A DNA stretch of 41,753 bases from Candidatus Doudnabacteria bacterium (GCA_023246055.1 JAHFJD010000004.1:1-41753); one strand, 5' to 3'; shown: positions 8,990-19,280, counted from the stretch's first letter. The notes: generated by a model from the letters alone, not told the origin. Translations and numbers: made by a program.

Positions 8990-10246
8990 CTAATAGTCTC
9001 TCAACTTCTGAATATGTTTGTGCTCTTTGATGCGCTCGAGGGCTTTGGCTTCGATTTGGCGGATACGCTCGCGCGTGACGCCAAACTCTTTGCCAACTTC
9101 TTCCAGAGTATGCGTCACCCCGTCTTCGAGCCCGAAGCGCATTTTCAAAATCTTTTGCTCGCGCGGATCAAGGTCTTTCAAAACATCGCCCACGTATTCG
9201 CGCAGTATCTGTCGGCCCGCTGATTCTGCGGGCATTGAGGTTTGCTCGTCAACGATGAAATCCCCGAGTCGCGAATCTTCTTCATCCCCCTCATCCCCCA
9301 CGGCTGTATCAATTGACACAGTTTCCTGGGAAATTTTTTGGAGCTGCAGCACTTTGGCTACCTCAATCCCCATTTCCGCGGCAATTTCCTCAACTGTTGG
9401 CTCGCGCCCTAACTCCTGCACGAGCGACCGCTCGGCTTGCGCGTATTTATTGAGAGTCTCCACCATGTGCACCGGAATACGGATGGTGCGCGACTGGTCG
9501 GCAAGTGCCCGGGTAATGGCCTGACGAATCCACCACGTCGCATAAGTGGAAAATTTATATCCTTTCGTCCAGTCAAATTTTTCCACAGCGCGAAACAGAC
9601 CCAGGTTCCCCTCCTGGATGAGATCAAGCAGTCCCAGGTTCCGACCCATATATTTTTTGGCAATGGATACTACGAGACGGAGATTGGCTTCGGTCAATTT
9701 TTTGCGGGCCGCCACATCGCCTTTTTGGATTCTTTTCGCGAGTTCCACCTCTTCCGCACCCTTGAGCAGCGAAACCTTGCCAATTTCCCGCAAATACATC
9801 TGGATCGAGTCATCATAAATATCCCCGAGGTCGTAACTCTCTGGGGTCGCGCTCACAGATTTGGAACGCGGTCCTTCCGGCTCAGCTTTGCTTTGCTCCC
9901 AAATGGAAGCCACCTCCTGATCCACCACCTCCACCCCGAGCCGATCAAGCTCTGAAAACAGCTTTTCCAGAGCCTCGAGGTTCTCTTCAAAATGCGGCAT
10001 GTTGTGAATTATTTCTGCTTCAGTCACAAAACCGCTCTGCTGGCCTTTTTTCGAGAGATCAAAAATGGCTTTGTCCCAATCAAACGCCTGTACCGGATGA
10101 CTTAAGGTTGTGTCGACCTTCCTGCCTCTTCGCTCTTCCCTGCCTTTCCTGTCTTTGCGACGCTTCCCGCCCTTTATCTTGTGAATCGATTTTTTAAAAT
10201 GTTTCGGCTTGGACTTCTTGTTTTTTTTCAATCTATGTTTAGCCAT
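8990..10246 (-). CDS. rpoD: primary sigma factor RpoD with basic N-terminal extension
   Basis: [40 protein letters not shown]; downstream of dnaG. Confidence 0.97.
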   Translation of the reverse strand: MAKHRLKKNKKSKPKHFKKSIHKIKGGKRRKDRKGREERRGRKVDTTLSHPVQAFDWDKAIFDLSKKGQQSGFVTEAEIIHNMPHFEENLEALEKLFSELDRLGVEVVDQEVASIWEQSKAEPEGPRSKSVSATPESYDLGDIYDDSIQMYLREIGKVSLLKGAEEVELAKRIQKGDVAARKKLTEANLRLVVSIAKKYMGRNLGLLDLIQEGNLGLFRAVEKFDWTKGYKFSTYATWWIRQAITRALADQSRTIRIPVHMVETLNKYAQAERSLVQELGREPTVEEIAAEMGIEVAKVLQLQKISQETVSIDTAVGDEGDEEDSRLGDFIVDEQTSMPAESAGRQILREYVGDVLKDLDPREQKILKMRFGLEDGVTHTLEEVGKEFGVTRERIRQIEAKALERIKEHKHIQKLRDY

Positions 10247-12033
10247 CAATTACGAAACTTGCTTAGTTCTCCCGCTAAATGATTAAATTCCAAGGACAAT
10301 GTCTTGACGAGCTCTGGATTGCCTGCCGTTTCCGCATTTTTGATCTCTGCGGTCAGCTGGCGCATACTCTTTCTGATTAAGGCCTCCCGAAACTGCCCCA
10401 AAAAATTCTGTTTCAAAGATTCTAGGTTCCCGCCACCCTCAAACGAAATCTCATTATCGAGAGCAAACACCAGAAGATTGAGATTGGTGGCGAGTTTTGG
10501 ATGCTCTGACAAGAGATTTTCCATATTGAGGCGGCCAGACGAGTATGCCTCGGCTATGGTCTGGAAAATTTCCCGATGGACGGGCAGAGAAAAATCTTCG
10601 GCCTTGAGACTCGGGATGTCAAGCGCCAGTTCCTCGGGAAATTTCAGAATCAGCCCGAGAACCCTGGCCTCCAGTATTTCTTGCTTTGTCTTTCGAGGAA
10701 TCGACTGGCTCGACTCCGAAGATCCACCTTGGGCGGATTTGAATTTCGATAGACCTGCTTTGTTTAGTAATTCAATTATGACCTTGGGGTCAACACTGAC
10801 AGCGCCGGCCAGTTTTTGTGAATAATGGACACGGTCTATGCTATCAGGCAGAAGTGATAAAAGCGGGAGAATTTCTCGCACCGCTTGTTTTTTGCCGGTC
10901 GCAGATTGTAAATCCATTGTAGCAAGAATCCGGGTAAAATAAAAGTCAAGGAAGCTTTGAACGCTTTTGACCGCGTTCTCCCAGAGGCTGGGGTCTTTGC
11001 GGATGAGCTCATCGGGGTCTTTGGCAAGAGCTCTGGGGATTGAGATAATCTTCACGTTAAACCCGGCTGCGAGAGCGAGCTCTACAGCGCGACGCGTTGC
11101 CACAACCCCGGCCGCATCTGCATCGAGCGCAAAACTGATGTTTTCGGTAAATCTTTTGAGACTCTCAAGCTGCGGATTTGTAAACGCTGTGCCAGAAGAG
11201 CCTACCACATTGGAAAATCCAAATTCATGGCAGGTAATCACATCCACATTCCCTTCCACTACAATCACCTCATCGCGCTTGCGGATTTCGGTTTTTGCGA
11301 GATTGAGTCCATAAATCAGCCGGCTCTTGCTGTAGATCAGGGTCTCAGGACTGTTAACGTATTTGGAAACTCCGTCCTGGTCTTTCAAAATCCTAGCTGT
11401 AAAGCCCACCACTCGCCCATGCATGTCAAACAGGGAGAACATCACCCGCTCATGAAATCGGTCAAAATAACTGCCGTCTTCTCTTTTGACTAGTAGTCCG
11501 GCGGTGGCGGCCTCCTGCTTTGTGTAACCTTTCTTCACAATAAATTCCTCAAACGCGTGAAAGCCATCTGGAGCGTAACCGATTTGCCACTGCTTGAGAG
11601 TCTCTGGCCTGAACCCGCGTTTTTGCAAATAATCGCGGGCAGGCTTGGCAGTCTGCGAATCCGACAAAACTTTCGAATAAAACAAAGCGGCCCAGTTGTT
11701 AATGTCGTAAAGATTCTTTTTCTGGTCAGGAGTGTAGGACACCCCACCCTCCGGCCGCCGCAATGTCACTCCGGCCCGCGCAGCTAAAATCTGCAGAGCT
11801 TCGGGAAAATCCACGCCCTCGCTTTGCTTCACGAACTCAAAAACATCCCCGCCGAGACCGCAGCCGAAGCAATGCCAGATCTGTTTCGCCGGTGACACTG
11901 TAAACGACGGCGTTTTCTCGGAGTGAAACGGACACAGACCGCGGAAATTCACCCCGGCTTTTTTGAGCCGCACTGTCTCGCCCACGAGATCCACAACATT
12001 GATTTTTTCTCTTATCTCATCCGTTGGCTGCAT
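10246..12033 (-). CDS. dnaG: DNA primase
   Basis: CPFH...CFGC zinc finger, [17 protein letters not shown] and DAD. Confidence 0.97.
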   Translation of the reverse strand: MQPTDEIREKINVVDLVGETVRLKKAGVNFRGLCPFHSEKTPSFTVSPAKQIWHCFGCGLGGDVFEFVKQSEGVDFPEALQILAARAGVTLRRPEGGVSYTPDQKKNLYDINNWAALFYSKVLSDSQTAKPARDYLQKRGFRPETLKQWQIGYAPDGFHAFEEFIVKKGYTKQEAATAGLLVKREDGSYFDRFHERVMFSLFDMHGRVVGFTARILKDQDGVSKYVNSPETLIYSKSRLIYGLNLAKTEIRKRDEVIVVEGNVDVITCHEFGFSNVVGSSGTAFTNPQLESLKRFTENISFALDADAAGVVATRRAVELALAAGFNVKIISIPRALAKDPDELIRKDPSLWENAVKSVQSFLDFYFTRILATMDLQSATGKKQAVREILPLLSLLPDSIDRVHYSQKLAGAVSVDPKVIIELLNKAGLSKFKSAQGGSSESSQSIPRKTKQEILEARVLGLILKFPEELALDIPSLKAEDFSLPVHREIFQTIAEAYSSGRLNMENLLSEHPKLATNLNLLVFALDNEISFEGGGNLESLKQNFLGQFREALIRKSMRQLTAEIKNAETAGNPELVKTLSLEFNHLAGELSKFRN

Positions 12034-12045
12034 ACGGTCTTTTCC

Positions 12046-12083
12046 CCCTCCCCAGGCCTGGGGAGGGATTAAGGGAGAGGTCG
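12046..12083. repeat. family A hairpin + tail
   Basis: CCCTCCCCAGGCCTGGGGAGGGATTAAGGGAGAGG between ppa and dnaG. Confidence 0.9.
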
Positions 12084-12092
12084 AACCAAACT

Positions 12093-12599
12093 TTATTCAC
12101 CATTCGCATGTGCCGCTTCCAATTCTTTCTCTGCTCTAGCCCGATCCTTAAACCCTTTTATCTCGATAATCTTATCCTTCTGGACTCCGAGCTCCTTGAA
12201 AAAATCTCTAAAAGTTTTCTCATAATCAAACTTCAAATCCCTTAGTTCTTGGAACCTGCCAAATTCCTTATCCGCTACGGCCACGGCGAGAATTTTATTG
12301 TCCACCTCCCCGCGGTCCAAAACCTCAATCATCCCTACCGCGCGGCATTCCACGACTGTTCCCTGCTCTAGCGGATGCGAACAAAACACAAACGCATCAA
12401 GAGGATCGCCATCACCCCCCAAAGTTTGCGACACAAATCCATAATCGAAGAGGAACTTAAAATCTCCCGTAAACACCCACTCGAGCTTGATGAGATCGAG
12501 GCCAGGATCATACTCGTATTTATTTGGGCTACCTTTTGGGATTTCAATCACGACATTAAACTTTGCCACTGACCCGAAAGGCAAATTCTTATAACTCAT
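12093..12599 (-). CDS. ppa: family I inorganic pyrophosphatase
   Basis: VIEIPKGS.NKYEYD and DGDPLD motifs. Confidence 0.95.
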   Translation of the reverse strand: MSYKNLPFGSVAKFNVVIEIPKGSPNKYEYDPGLDLIKLEWVFTGDFKFLFDYGFVSQTLGGDGDPLDAFVFCSHPLEQGTVVECRAVGMIEVLDRGEVDNKILAVAVADKEFGRFQELRDLKFDYEKTFRDFFKELGVQKDKIIEIKGFKDRARAEKELEAAHANGE

Positions 12600-12611
12600 C
12601 TTTTTTACCCC

Positions 12612-12848
12612 TTAATTATACTCTGGCCGTCTCTCGATCTCATCGAGCATGCGATCAAAGGACTGGTACGCGGTCTTCAGATACCGGTGCAGGCCTTGCA
12701 AATTCTCGCGCGCGTCCTCGGCGCTGTCCACGCGGTCAGCCTGATAATAAGCAATAACGTCGCGGTCTAGCATCCGCTCCAACTCACGCACTCGTTCGAT
12801 GATTTGGCTTTGAAATTCCTGAACGCCGGAAGGATCAAATTCTGCCAT
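12612..12848 (-). CDS. hypothetical protein
   Basis: Co-oriented ORF upstream of ppa; helical composition. Confidence 0.6.
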   Translation of the reverse strand: MAEFDPSGVQEFQSQIIERVRELERMLDRDVIAYYQADRVDSAEDARENLQGLHRYLKTAYQSFDRMLDEIERRPEYN

Positions 12849-12978
12849 GTTTTTTAGAATTAATAATGGGGGCTGTCTGCCCCTATTTTAGCCAAAACGA
12901 GCTTTTTCGTCTATTTCGCGCTTTTATCATCCTCATAAATCCCGAAAAATTTCCTATGATAAAGGTTGATGAGGGAGC

Positions 12979-13197
12979 TTAGCGGCTAGTTTTCGACGCG
13001 ATCCAGTTGAGGGTTGCCAAAAAAATCCACGCCCATGGGAAAACCCCGATCAGCGTATCGCTGACCGAGTGGCTGTTCCGATCCGCAACCATGAACACCC
13101 AAGCTATGGCGGCAAAAACGAGAAGCGTTAAACATCACCCCGGAACGCTCACTGGCCAATGCACCCATCCCCATTTTCTAAACCAATAATTGTTCAT
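12979..13197 (-). pseudogene. small Trp-rich membrane protein with internal TGA at 13135-13137
   Basis: Manual translation MNNYWFRKWGWVHWPVSVPG*CLTLLVFAAIAWVFMVADRNSHSVSDTLIGVFPWAWIFLATLNWIASKTSR. Confidence 0.6.
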
Positions 13198-13327
13198 CTA
13201 TCAATTACTCCAAAATCTTATGGCGGTGTTTGTTGGACAAAGTTCGAATATATTTCGAGCAGAATCCAAAGGACTAATGTGCTTGCCCCGCGCGCCCTGT
13301 GCACGCATAAATTCCTGAATCAAGTCG

Positions 13328-13531
13328 TTACTTTTTATATTCTAAAATATCTCCTGGCTGACATCCCAAAGCTTTGCAAATTGCCTCCAATGTTGATAAC
13401 CGAATGGCTTTTGCCTTTTCGTTTTTCAGTATAGAGATATTAGCCATCGTAATTCCGACTTTTTCGGCAAGCTCGGTTACACTCATCTTCCTTTTTGCCA
13501 GCATCACATCAATGTTGATTATAATTGCCAT
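13328..13531 (-). CDS. Cro/C1-type HTH regulator (YozG-like)
   Basis: LAEKVGITMANISILK...CQPGDILEY; usual partner of DUF2975. Confidence 0.9.
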   Translation of the reverse strand: MAIIINIDVMLAKRKMSVTELAEKVGITMANISILKNEKAKAIRLSTLEAICKALGCQPGDILEYKK

Positions 13532-13535
13532 AGAT

Positions 13536-14015
13536 TTATACCGTTAAATCGTTCTCAGATTTTATATCCACCGCATTTTGCAAAATTCGTTCAAACATCG
13601 CCGCCGCCGTGGCGATAACGACAGAGCCGAAGGTGATGAGGACACCCATGAAAACCCCGCCCGCAGGATCATCATTACCATGGTTCAACATAATGAAGAT
13701 TTCTTCTACCACAACAAAACTAATGATGGCTATTGCGCAATATTTTATAGTCCGCAGAGCTTTCACGGCTTCCGCTGAAAATACCTTATTTTGTCCGGCA
13801 TATCGGAGCACCTTGAACGCCTGATAGAGTGCTGCGAAAAAAGGAATAGACCCTATGTAGACAAGCGCTATGAACGGATCTTTGAAGTATATTTCAAAGT
13901 TCGTAGCGTGTACGTTCCTGCCCTCAATGTGGGGTTCCCAAAGCAGGAGGGCCAGAGCGCCGATGCCGATGAGCACAACGACCACCTGCAGAAAGATTGT
14001 GGAGCTTTTTTTCAT
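13536..14015 (-). CDS. DUF2975 family membrane protein
   Basis: C-terminal KSENDLTV and WEPHIEGRN (YoaS-like). Confidence 0.88.
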   Translation of the reverse strand: MKKSSTIFLQVVVVLIGIGALALLLWEPHIEGRNVHATNFEIYFKDPFIALVYIGSIPFFAALYQAFKVLRYAGQNKVFSAEAVKALRTIKYCAIAIISFVVVEEIFIMLNHGNDDPAGGVFMGVLITFGSVVIATAAAMFERILQNAVDIKSENDLTV

Positions 14016-14259
14016 GGTTGGTTCTTATAAATTATTTATGCCTGCATCTTAATTTATTGTTTATCGTTTGTCAATATGTATTTATCGTTATGTGTGGATA
14101 TCTCTAGCGGAGATGTGGGCAACCTTTTTCGCTCTTTTATTTCAAAAGTTTATCCACGCCCGCCCGGTGCGCGCACAAATCCCCGCTGTTTTAGGAAAAA
14201 TTATAAAACGGCGGGGATTGCTCCCACCACATCACTTTTCTTTTTGTGGTCTTTGCTCG

Positions 14260-14541
14260 TTACTCGAGCTTAAAGGAAACAGTTACTCGATCACCAACGG
14301 CTATTTTTTCTTCGTTTCTTACAGTCGCCTTAAGGGCTACGAAAAAATCACCACCTTTTTTCATCATAAGTTTTGTTTTCCATGATGTTTCGCCGACATA
14401 TGCAGTAATCGGGTACATGCCCCACGCGCGTCTTTGCGCCTTAAGTTCTTTTGTGTATTTTGTGGGTACAGCGACATACACCCAGCCGCCAGAGTCGGGA
14501 AATTTTTGCACAGTACCCTTAAAAGTAACATCCCGCTTCAT
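14260..14541 (-). CDS. DUF1905 domain protein
   Basis: GGW.YV.VP...WKT.L...VR..EKI.VGD.V. Confidence 0.75.
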   Translation of the reverse strand: MKRDVTFKGTVQKFPDSGGWVYVAVPTKYTKELKAQRRAWGMYPITAYVGETSWKTKLMMKKGGDFFVALKATVRNEEKIAVGDRVTVSFKLE

Positions 14542-14879
14542 GTTCGTTTTTTCGAAGCTTTTGCTCGTTTATTAAAATCAAGTGCGAGGTCAAGCCAATA
14601 TTTCAAATCTTTCTTACTCGCTGTCCCTTTGGGCCCAACAAAAACAAACCCTTTCATCGGCTTACCGGTAAAATCCATTGGCCGACAGCCCTTTTTCTTT
14701 AGTGCTGTCTCATATACATCAGGATTAAGCCGTACCATGAGATCATCTTTCAAGACACCAGCGCACATTTTACTGTTCACCATAAAAGTCAGTCCGCCCA
14801 TCATTTTCTTTTCGGCAACATCTTTTCGTTTACCCAGCGCTTCTCTTACTTTTTCTGCAAACGACTCGCTATATGCCAT
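14538..14879 (-). CDS. TfoX/Sxy N-terminal domain protein
   Basis: EKKMMGGL.FMVN.KMC, DFTGKPMKGFV. Confidence 0.85.
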   Translation of the reverse strand: MAYSESFAEKVREALGKRKDVAEKKMMGGLTFMVNSKMCAGVLKDDLMVRLNPDVYETALKKKGCRPMDFTGKPMKGFVFVGPKGTASKKDLKYWLDLALDFNKRAKASKKRT

Positions 14880-14909
14880 AAAATTTATGCAAATTCGTTA
14901 TTTGAGATT

Positions 14910-15110
14910 TTATGCTGCTTCAAAGCGCGCTTTGTTCTCATCCATCCACTTCTGCATTTCCGACTTTTGTTCTTCTTCGGTTAAATTTGCCTTGCCCTTC
15001 ATAACTTCAGCATGCGCTTCGGCATAGTGGGGCTTAAGCGCATTCATCCACTCTTCAAAAGTTTCTCCTTGAGCTTCGTGATCACATAGATCGCATTTTA
15101 GTATTTTCAT
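14910..15110 (-). CDS. small CxxC/H protein (DUF1059-like)
   Basis: CDLCD...GETFEEW...H...H. Confidence 0.6.
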   Translation of the reverse strand: MKILKCDLCDHEAQGETFEEWMNALKPHYAEAHAEVMKGKANLTEEEQKSEMQKWMDENKARFEAA

Positions 15111-15225
15111 AGGATTTTTGGTTAATTTAATAATTATTGTGCTCGACCTTTTAATTATACTACTTTTTATTCTCCAGATTTAGTTCGTCTGTTTGAAAAT
15201 ATCCGAACGGCCAGCCTTGTCTCTA

Positions 15226-15683
15226 TTAATTTTTATCCTGGCTCTTTTCTAACTCTTTTGGCAAGGAGGTAATTTTATAAAAGTTGTTTAAGGCAATATA
15301 GCCAAAAACTATAAAAAACAATGACCGGGCAATCACAGGAACGATTTGGGTACCGGCTTGAAAAATTCCTGATATGCCCCATAGCCCTCTGTATAAAACA
15401 ATATATGAGCAAAATAAATAAGGCACAAAACCAAGAAAGAAGACCAGGACATCCACGACCGTCGCGCACCGTCAAGTGCAGCCCTGCTGAGCGCACCATA
15501 CCCAAATATCAAGACAATAGAAATAAGAGATCCTAAACTTAGAAGTAAGTAATCTGAATTTAGGAACCCAAAGCGAAACCCTTGAATAACAGACACAATA
15601 AAAATAACCAACAAAGGTAATATGGCCCTAGTGATGTAGTGTGAAAAAATTTCGGTTGTGCTAAGTTCTTGGGTATTGATCAT
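15226..15683 (-). pseudogene. membrane protein, probably frameshifted near 15455
   Basis: Hydrophobic N-terminal part lies in ORF 15333..15683; hydrophobic C-terminal part lies in overlapping ORF 15226..15456. Confidence 0.45.
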
Positions 15684-15746
15684 ATGCCAGACCCCTTTAA
15701 TTTATTATTAACTCAATACCGCAAATTTAAGAGATATGCCAGCAGG

Positions 15747-16163
15747 CTAAATTTCTATTTCCTCTCGCATAAGATCTTCTATTCTGTTTAAAATATTATC
15801 TGGATCGCGGGACGATATGAAAGTAGATAATTTATCACGCAATTTTTTATTTTGGGTTATGAGAAAGGCCTCTGCTACCAATCCCTTAATTGCGTTCCTA
15901 CTTCTCCTCCATTCTTCAACTTTTCTATTATATTCTGCAACTTTTTCGACATGGTAGCTATCAACGCTACCGGCGATATCGTGTGGGTAGTTTCCTTCCG
16001 ATCTTATCGCGGATAAGAGTCTGCCATAAGCAGATATTTTAGTTTCCATAAGAGATTGAGTCTTTACGCGGCGCTTAGAAAGCCATGAACCTAACCAAAC
16101 TCCACCAAGCGAAAAAAGTCCGGTAAGTATGACTAAGAATAGTTCCATAGTAATTTTAAGCAT
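15747..16163 (-). CDS. hypothetical protein with N-terminal TM
   Basis: Low-GC ORF next to the tRNA 3' end. Confidence 0.6.
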   Translation of the reverse strand: MLKITMELFLVILTGLFSLGGVWLGSWLSKRRVKTQSLMETKISAYGRLLSAIRSEGNYPHDIAGSVDSYHVEKVAEYNRKVEEWRRSRNAIKGLVAEAFLITQNKKLRDKLSTFISSRDPDNILNRIEDLMREEIEI

Positions 16164-16265
16164 TTATAAAAGGTCCCGATGCATATGGGTTGCCCTCGAT
16201 AACAAGTTATCTGGCGGTGTATTCTAAAAATAGCTCGAACGGAATTCTGTCCAATCCGGGCAGAG

Positions 16266-16350
16266 CGGAGGCGGTGAGATTCGAACTCACGAGACCCCGA
16301 AGGGTCACGGCTTTCCAAGCCGTTGCACTAGGCCGCTATGCGACGCCTCC
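16266..16350 (-). tRNA. tRNA-Ser(GGA), long variable arm, CCA not encoded
   Basis: GGAGGCG/CGCCTCC acceptor stem, ACGGC-TTGGAAA-GCCGT anticodon arm, GTTCGAATC T-loop. Confidence 0.97.
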
Positions 16351-16545
16351 GCCCTATCCGGATTGACCAATTTTTTAAATACTTGCCCGCCTTTGTACTT
16401 TTTAATCTGTCACTCTCTCAACCATGTGGATTTTTTACCCGGGAATGCTTCACTCGGTCGAGTTCCGCTCGCCCCAAAAAATCAATAACCAATAAATTCT
16501 ACCATGAATTTTTAGTTTATCCAATTTTGTTGAACCTTTCGTAGT

Positions 16546-16581
16546 TGTGGCAAATTCCTGCGGCCGCAGGAATTTGCCACA
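16546..16581. repeat. 36-bp perfect palindrome downstream of the PaaX-like gene
   Basis: TGTGGCAAATTCCTGCGG|CCGCAGGAATTTGCCACA. Confidence 0.95.
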
Positions 16582-16583
16582 TT

Positions 16584-17117
16584 TTATTTTAAACTAAATA
16601 CTTGCCTAAGCTCTCTTTCGTTATCTATCTCCATCACTGTGAGGTAGCGAAAATATTTTCGCAAATTCCACTCCCTTAGAAGCTGATCCAACTCCCCTGT
16701 CACTGGATATGGCGTTATATAAACACTCTCTTGCAATGGCCAGAATCCCAAATTGCTTTTTAATTCTGTTCGGATATACTCTCGCCATTTCTTAAGGCTC
16801 TCTGGCATATCAAAAATTACAATCCGCCAATGTCCATCCCACTTCTTTGGCCTAAGCTTTTCAAGACGTGCATATTTCAGAATGCCGAGTCTCCCTTTCG
16901 GCGTAAGATGAAAAAAGGACTGGTTATTCTTTTCCTTTTGCCGGACATATCCGCGTCTCTCCAGATCGTGCATTTTTAGGAACACGCTTCTATAATCCCA
17001 AGGCATCTCCCCTTTGAAATTAATTTCTGTAAACTCCCGCGATGACAATGCTCCTTTCTCAAGCAAAAGATTGAGAACAATGCGGCTCTTTTCATTCAAC
17101 TTTCTCCCTTTTTTCAT
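16584..17117 (-). CDS. PaaX-like protein (wHTH + Cas2-like/PaaX middle domain)
   Basis: LTPKG, WDGHWRIVIFDMPE...LGF..LQESVYITPY; ATG 17117 preferred. Confidence 0.85.
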   Translation of the reverse strand: MKKGRKLNEKSRIVLNLLLEKGALSSREFTEINFKGEMPWDYRSVFLKMHDLERRGYVRQKEKNNQSFFHLTPKGRLGILKYARLEKLRPKKWDGHWRIVIFDMPESLKKWREYIRTELKSNLGFWPLQESVYITPYPVTGELDQLLREWNLRKYFRYLTVMEIDNERELRQVFSLK

Positions 17118-17133
17118 TTCTCGACTGATTACG

Positions 17134-17181
17134 TCTATTTGTGGCAAATACCTGCGGCCGCAGGTATTTGCCACAAATAGA
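17134..17181. repeat. 48-bp perfect palindrome upstream of the PaaX-like gene
   Basis: TCTATTTGTGGCAAATACCTGCGG|CCGCAGGTATTTGCCACAAATAGA. Confidence 0.95.
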
Positions 17182-17219
17182 TAATAATTCGTTATGTAAT
17201 TTTGGTCAACTTTACTGGC

Positions 17220-18578
17220 TCAAAACAGAACGTTTTGTTTTTTTGAGTCAAATTTTCCTCTCTCCCCTTCTTCAAAGACTTTAATAATCCCATAAACTCC
17301 GTCGTAACCCGGTGTTTTTATCACCCGCTCTTCACGCACACGTTTAACCGCTTCGGCCACCAGCTCTCCGGCGACTGTCTTCAAATCCTCAATCGGCAGA
17401 TCGAGAATCACGGCAAATTCACTGCCCGCTCGGCGGATAAGCTTCCAATAAATATCCTGAATCTTTTTGCTCTTGGAGCCAACCTCAAAACAGTCAGCCA
17501 ATACTTCCTCAAGCGGCACCAAGTGTTTTTGGGGGATGAAATTTTTCGGAACAAATCCTTCCGGCCGATCTGCAAGATCACTGACTCGGGACACCACTCC
17601 GACGACTAACCCGCGACCGCAGACTGGGCAACGGCCACCGGCTCGGCGCGTTTGATCGGGAGTATAGAAAATTTTGCACGGTCCATGACCATCAAGGTGA
17701 TATTTCCCCTCTTCGGGAAAATACTCGATAGTGTATTTGAGGCGTGTGCGGTCTTTCTCTTTGAGGATTCGGAAATATTCAGCATAAGATAATGCGTCCT
17801 CCGGAATCTCCATGACTGTAGCCTCGCGCCCAATGCGCGGCAGAGAATGGGCATCCGAAGCGGAAACGATCGAGAAGCGATCCGTGATCGACACACGCCA
17901 ATTCATAGCCGGATCAGAGGATAGGCCAGTCTCAAAAGCGTAAATATATTTTGTCATATCCCCAAAACATTCCTCGATCGAATCAAAACCGGATTTACTG
18001 CCAAAAATCCCGAAATACGGCGTCCAGGCGTGTGCCGGGATCATCAGCGCAGTCTCGTCTGCATCAAGCAAATATTTCAAAATCTCCACGGAATTCATGC
18101 CCAAAATCGGTCGGCCATCGCTTCCGAGTTTGGCCCCGCGTTTTTCCAAAGAATTCGTGAATTTTTCGACAGCCGCAAACGATGGCAAAAGCAATACATA
18201 ATGCACCCGCCGCATTTTCTTTTCGCCCTGGGAATAGATACAGGCCACCTCGGATGACAGTATAAATCTCACCCCTCCCTCGCCCTCCCCCTCCAGGGGA
18301 GGGAAATTCGTATTTATTCCTTCCCCTTGTCCCACTTTTATTCCCCTCCCTTGATGGGAGGGGCTGGATGAGGGTGATCGTAATTTAAAAAATCCCTGTT
18401 CTGCTTCCTCCAGCTTTTCTCGGAGTTCCGCTCTCCACCCTGGATGCGTAAAATCACCCGTGCCCAGGAGATTGACGCCTTTGATCCGCCCCCATTTGTC
18501 TAAATTTTCCGGAATCAAATCCCGGGAACACGCCCGGGAATATTTGGAATGGATATGGATATCGGAGATAACACGCAT
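17220..18578 (-). CDS. endonuclease Q-family PHP protein, with in-frame repeat insertion
   Basis: DIHIHSKYSRA, GTGDFTHP, PAHAWTP, ETGLSSD, SDAHS, PEEGKYH, GYDGVYG. Confidence 0.9.
   Translation of the reverse strand: MRVISDIHIHSKYSRACSRDLIPENLDKWGRIKGVNLLGTGDFTHPGWRAELREKLEEAEQGFFKLRSPSSSPSHQGRGIKVGQGEGINTNFPPLEGEGEGGVRFILSSEVACIYSQGEKKMRRVHYVLLLPSFAAVEKFTNSLEKRGAKLGSDGRPILGMNSVEILKYLLDADETALMIPAHAWTPYFGIFGSKSGFDSIEECFGDMTKYIYAFETGLSSDPAMNWRVSITDRFSIVSASDAHSLPRIGREATVMEIPEDALSYAEYFRILKEKDRTRLKYTIEYFPEEGKYHLDGHGPCKIFYTPDQTRRAGGRCPVCGRGLVVGVVSRVSDLADRPEGFVPKNFIPQKHLVPLEEVLADCFEVGSKSKKIQDIYWKLIRRAGSEFAVILDLPIEDLKTVAGELVAEAVKRVREERVIKTPGYDGVYGIIKVFEEGERGKFDSKKQNVLF
18269..18377. repeat. family A composite element inside the EndoQ-like CDS
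   Basis: TCACCC...two hairpins...GGGTGA. Confidence 0.85.
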
Positions 18579-18671
18579 AATATGGATTATAAACAAAAGA
18601 GAGGCGAACCACAAAGGGTTCGCCCCACTAACAGGGGTTGTTACCAATTAAGAAGCACTATGTTGCCGGCC

Positions 18672-18824
18672 TTAAGGTCTACGGCTCGGACTTTTTTTGC
18701 TTCGGTGCGAGGATAACCGTTTGCGGTGAATTAATTGCTCCACTAGAACGTCTAGGGCAGCCTGTTTGCCGCTTGTGCTGGTTCGCGGATCCCGCTTCTT
18801 CTTGTGATCTCTGTGACCGCTCAT
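18672..18824 (-). CDS. 50-aa basic small protein; not in the ORF track
   Basis: GAGGAGG SD; MSGHRDHKKKRDPRTSTSGKQAALDVLVEQLIHRKRLSSHRSKKSPSRRP. Confidence 0.45.
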   Translation of the reverse strand: MSGHRDHKKKRDPRTSTSGKQAALDVLVEQLIHRKRLSSHRSKKSPSRRP

Positions 18825-18862
18825 AGATCCTCCTCTCGTTCAGGGGTTCCTTCCGATCACTG

Positions 18863-19180
18863 TTAATTACTTCCAGACGCGAATGCCCGCATATGCTCTA
18901 CGAGTTGCGGGATATGTAGATGGAATTTGCGGTCCAGTTGTGCACGCATACGAAGCGCATGCAAAGCCGCAACGACAGCTCCCCAGGACCTGGAATTTGA
19001 ACAATGCGGAAAAATCAATCCGCACTCCGCCGGACTGCCCATGCAGAACCGCCACAATTTGCCCTTCTCGTCCCGAAATACCCACATCTCTGAATTGCAG
19101 AGATTGCAGCGTCGGTCGTCCTCTTTCACAAATGCAGGATTACCGGTATCGTGAATGTACACGCCTTCTTCTTTTCGCAT
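18863..19180 (-). CDS. hypothetical zinc-ribbon-like protein
   Basis: AGGAGG SD; CNLC and C..C motifs. Confidence 0.55.
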   Translation of the reverse strand: MRKEEGVYIHDTGNPAFVKEDDRRCNLCNSEMWVFRDEKGKLWRFCMGSPAECGLIFPHCSNSRSWGAVVAALHALRMRAQLDRKFHLHIPQLVEHMRAFASGSN

Positions 19181-19242
19181 GAAGTCCTCCTGAATGACCG
19201 CAATACATAATATTAAAACAAGCCTGGCTTTTCAGCAAGCCT

Positions 19243-19280
19243 ACCTCTCACCCTACCCTCTCCCCATCAAGGGCGAGGAA
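19243..19280. repeat. family A element (degenerate)
   Basis: CCTCTCACCCTA-CCCTCTCCCCATCAAGGGCGAGG. Confidence 0.7.

Noticed and set aside
13135-13137. Alternative genetic code (UGA = Trp/Gly)
   Set aside because: Conserved genes have no internal TGA and several end in TGA at the expected position
16546-17181. CRISPR locus suggested by the Cas2-like protein and two 36-bp repeats
   Set aside because: There are only two repeats, separated by a whole gene; no spacers and no cas1 or effector genes
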